From NCBI RefSeq assembly GCF_963676685.1, contig NC_092344.1, positions 95,542,001 through 95,606,000 of the forward strand: a stretch of DNA of 64,000 nt. Direction: 5' to 3'. The stretch comes from Mytilus edulis. Taxonomy: Eukaryota. The position numbers and the translations under genes are program-made. The notes beneath the pieces are model-generated. The model was not told the origin of the DNA. It did no database searches and worked only from the letters and a program-made list of their open reading frames with translations. Of this stretch, positions 59,629-64,000 are shown piece by piece (the stretch's first letter is position 1; each line of letters opens with the position of its first letter).

Positions 59629-62539
59629 GTTACCCCGACACTCACAATAAATTTAAAATCAGTTTTTTAATTCAAAGATTTGGTGATTAAAGTTAGATTA
59701 AACATTTATCAAATAGAATATAAGAAAATAGATGTTAGATTTTTCACCAAAATATTCCCGTATTTGATTATATCTAGTGATAATGATTGAATGATGTCTT
59801 ACAAAATATTTTTTTTCAATTTGAAGCCTACCAATGCTGTCAATGATAATCATCAAACTATATAACAGTAGGATACCTTTGTTCAAAAGTCATACATCGA
59901 TTGAGAGAAATAAATCTGGGTTACAAACTAAAACCAAGGGAAACATATCAACTATAAGAGGAAAACAATAGACACTGGAGTGCAACAAAAACCAAACGAC
60001 AATGCAACATACATATACCAAAACGATCGTTATCTTAGAAAATGTATCAATGTGCCTAGAAGACAAATTCGACGCGAGTAATTAATCTTTTGGATATTGT
60101 ACATGCACTTTATCCCCCCTTCTCCCCATTTTTTAAAATATAAAATCAATCCAATAAAATATCAGCAGTGTAGCTACAAGCGTTATATCATTATACATCA
60201 TTAGAAATGTCAAAACAAGGTCTTTTTGAACGAGTCAAAAATATGAATTTAGTTGATGCTGTCGTTTTCTATATGAAAGCACATTTGTCAAATTGATGAA
60301 AGAATATTAGAAAGGCATACATTTAAGATTAGCTAGTAGATCGGACGATGCAACATGTATTCACTGAAAAGTCGTGCAATTTAACCATACTTAGTAAATC
60401 GACAAGCATTTAGTCAATCTATTACACATAATGTCTCGTACTATAAATATGTCATTGGTTCTATATTACTTAAATACTGTGATTTATGAACAGTTCTAAT
60501 ATTCTTTTTAATGTAAAATATGATTAATTTATAATCTGGATTAAAAGTATAAAAGCATGAATTTTGTGACTTGCATATTTCTATGGTTAAAGTGTAAATA
60601 TAATTTAGTATATAATCCTTACTTTTCCAATACTATAATTAGAATTAAGACAAAGTGATTTTAATACATCACGAATATCGAAATTTCTCTGAATATAAAA
60701 TAAAGCTGTACTTTTACATGATAATATTTTATCTGATGCAGACAAAACGTTAATTTAAGCTCTTTTTGCAAATTATTCCATCATCATTCATTAGTGATAC
60801 TGTTGATTAAGCTTACAGTTAATAATCGATCAGCCTTGCCTTGTTCAATCAATGGTTATTTAACATTTTAGTCTTTTAAATATGAATTATATAACGGTGT
60901 TGTCAATGATTGTGCTTGTTTTTATTAAACTAAATTGCAATATTATGCTAGATAAAACAATGTTGTTTTATTTTCAAAGCGTTGGATTATTTTTTCATTA
61001 TTACTTGTCTCAATTTATGGGCTGTCTTAGCCCTTAATGTATTCCCTAAGACGTAATCTCTTTTTAGCTTCTTCTCAACGGTTTTTTTTTTTTTTTTTTT
61101 TAAATCTATCCACTGTGAAATTGTGTAAGTCGTTCATATAAATATATGCGCTCTGTTTAAGATAGTGCAAAACTGTTCTTGATTTGGACTAAAATTGAAG
61201 TCATGAAATTAAGGAACATGTTATTTTATTTAAAATTACAAATACTTTTGTTCATATTTGACGAAACCGTATATATACCATGAACTCTAATACCATACAC
61301 TTCGGAGGTTTTGTGAATTTTAAAACAAGCTTTAACAAAAAAAATAGTCTTTACAAAATGATTGCACAAGGCAGGTATATTACAGTTGTTAACAATTCGG
61401 ACCGTTGGTTAATACAGTCTAACGTTTAATTTTGTAAAGTTATATCTTTTTAAATTTACGTTGGAGTTGGGAACCGTATATGGAGTATTGTATTTTTGTT
61501 TATACGTTTTCTGATATCTACTACCTGTTTGTTATTGCAAAATAGTCACTTAACATATATTTATTATGCATGATATATCCAACGAAATGAGTAGTTGAAG
61601 GAAAGCACTAGGTATTTCCAGTCTTGATTGGAAGTCTATCATAACGAATAAAGGGAACCATTGAAAAGAAGAAATAGTTCCAATGCTAATTTTCGATTAA
61701 ATAACACTTCAGAGAAATGTTTTGTCAATAGAAATATCTCGATTATATTGAAATGATTTTAAAAAACCAACATAATTAGAGTGGTTCCATTGAAAAGAAA
61801 GATAGTAACTACATCTTTCGTTACTCTTAAGAAAACAAATTTGATCATACCCTAGTGATATCATTTGGATTTTTTTTTAAAGGAACGGTACTAAACAATA
61901 TACAGGATAACATAAGGAGATACCTTTAAATTGAAAATTTGAAGAAAATAAACAGAAACCGTAGTGTACTTCCTCGTATATTTGATAAATCCATTTTCGA
62001 TGACATTATTCTTATAAGATTTCACATAACTTAATAACATTAACAAGTTTAACAATGTATAAACCCTTTACGGTCTGATTGGATATTATATAGTTTCAAG
62101 ATCACCAATTAATTAATATAGAAAGCACAATTTATAGACAGAGTGAATTAACAAATAATAACTATCACATTATCTAGACAAAAATGCTGTTGTAAAAATT
62201 AAGTATTCCATTCCATTAAATTCTACAAAGTACCAATTACTCTGAGGAATAAAATATTTTATCAAATTTGTTTGATCAAGAATATTATGTAATAATAATG
62301 TACTATATTTTCTATGGGCAACAACGATATTTCTCGCGGACATTTATCGTTGTAACTTAACATGTTATGGATAAAAAGACATAACAGAAATATCCTCTTA
62401 TGAAAGATAGCGGTAAAAACAAGGTCTTACAATGTTTAATATAGATTGCAACAGAGCTTTGTTCAGACAATAGCAAAATATTTCCAGAAATGTTCATACA
62501 GCTATACTATAAGAAAATCAATTAATCGTATTCTGCATA

Positions 62540-62785
62540 ATTAGTTATCAAAGGTACCAGGATTATAATTTAGTACGCCGACGCGCGTTTCGTCTACATA
62601 AGACTCATCAGTGACGCTCTTATCAAAATATTTATAACGCCAAACTAGTACAAAGTTGAAGAGCATTTAAAATCCAAAATTCCAAAAAGTTGTGCCAAAT
62701 ACGGCTAAGGTAATCTATGCCTGGGATAAGAAAATCCTTAGTTTTTCGAAAAATTCAAAGTTTTGTAAACAGGAAATTTATAAAA
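62540..62785 (-). mobile_element. Retrozyme-like partial unit
   Basis: Near-identical to 47195-47312 over the hammerhead and flanks; collinear with 35440-35677. Confidence 0.85.
62575..62617 (-). ncRNA. Type I hammerhead ribozyme, core intact, 1-nt deletion in stem I
   Basis: Minus strand gcgtca-CTGATGA-gtcttatgtagac-GAAAC-gcgc-GTC-ggcgt. Confidence 0.8.
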
Positions 62786-63798
62786 CATAACCTTTGTTTT
62801 TTATCGCTCTTTTTCGTCTATAAATCGTCTTGTATCTGAACAAAACATTTACCACGGAACATAAGCATCCACATAGCATTATTATCACAACTTATGGTAG
62901 ACTGGTTCGACTATCTAGATCAATGTTCATATTACATATTTCATATATATGTATAATTGATGGCTCAACTTATAATGTTATATATATTATAACATATTTT
63001 TGTAACATAAGCTTAATATTTTAATTGATAATTTTAAAGAGGAGGCATGCTGTAAAAAATAGTATTATAATTAATACTAATAATCTATGTTTTTGTTTTT
63101 TCTTCAATGCTACATGTTTGTAGTGTTTAATGACTATCGTTTTGTAATTAATATGCCACTGTCTGTTTGTTTGTTTTTGTTGTATATTTTAGTAACAATC
63201 CTATTGTTTGGATTTTAGACTAATAAAATTCTTATTCTTATTCTTATATCATTTATAGAACAAGGTGATTATATAGCGGAATCCCAGTCTAAACGGATGG
63301 TCGTTCTCGTGAGTTTAATTTCCGGCTGAGGACTGATAAAACACAGGCACGCGCACAACGTTGAGATAGTTAAAATCACAGAGGGTATGTTTCTTTTGGG
63401 TTATGGGCAACTTACAATAGGAAAACTGATTTCTATAATATTGTGTTTATCTTAATCTAATCATCTTTAATGTATTTAATATAGGAATCTTCACAAGTAA
63501 GATTTTTCATGACCTAGAACAAATTTACAAAAGTATGCAAGTAACGTTTATCAAAAACTGCGCAGTTTTTTTTATATTACAGTGATATGCAATTTTACTC
63601 ATTGCATTTAAGTGTTTACAAATATATATCATGACTCATTTATAATTGGTTCAATCTTAGATGCGCATTAAGAAACGTATGAAAAACAGACCAATTCAAT
63701 AATTTTAATATACATAAATTAAGTTACTGTATAATGTGAATATATTGGTAAATAGTATATATGGAACGCCAAAACTGTCTTGTTATGACCATTTTCAT

Positions 63799-64000
63799 TA
63801 TATGATGTGCATTTACCTTTATATGATGTGCACTTGTCATTATATGATGTGCATTTACTTTTACATGATGTGCACTTGTCATTGTATGATGTGCAAACAC
63901 CTTTATATGACGTGCAAATATGCTTATATTATGTGCAAGTATCTATATATGATGTCCAAACATCTCTATATGATGTGCAAATATACTTATATGATGTGCA
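63799..64000. repeat. 21-bp-period tandem repeat (TATATGATGTGCA core + 8 variable nt), runs off the window
   Basis: Ten cores at 63799, 63820, 63841 ... 63988. Confidence 0.9.

Noticed and set aside
63799-64000. CRISPR-like repeat-spacer pattern
   Set aside because: Repeats are 13 bp, spacers 8 bp and partly recurrent; no cas genes; eukaryotic context.

Overview
AT-rich animal genomic DNA with GT-AG introns. The repeat content points to a bivalve mollusc, probably Mytilus (inference). No prokaryotic operons or CRISPR arrays. Two spliced host genes sit head-to-head. The first is a minus-strand class I cytokine receptor of the gp130/Domeless type: 11 phase-consistent coding exons from 26960 down to 4764 (signal peptide, Ig-like, cytokine-binding module, FN3 repeats), with no transmembrane exon found in the window. 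The second is a complete plus-strand 7-exon PHF24-like PHD/EF-hand gene (30460-37036). The most unusual object is a young Tx1-clade LINE (9804-16216, perfect 18-bp TSD, poly-A) with an extra intact ~300-codon, Cys-rich, signal-peptide-like ORF between ORF1 and ORF2. That ORF is joined to ORF1 by one in-frame TAA and to ORF2 by a CUU-UAA junction resembling a +1 frameshift site. The window also holds about ten type I hammerhead ribozyme copies. Most belong to a ~350-nt retrozyme-like repeat that has a second conserved structured module; one is attached to a Penelope-like remnant. The rest is a decayed near-full-length RTE LINE, Penelope-like RT remnants, a non-autonomous Helitron, Harbinger and other MITEs, Helentron-type elements and tandem repeats.
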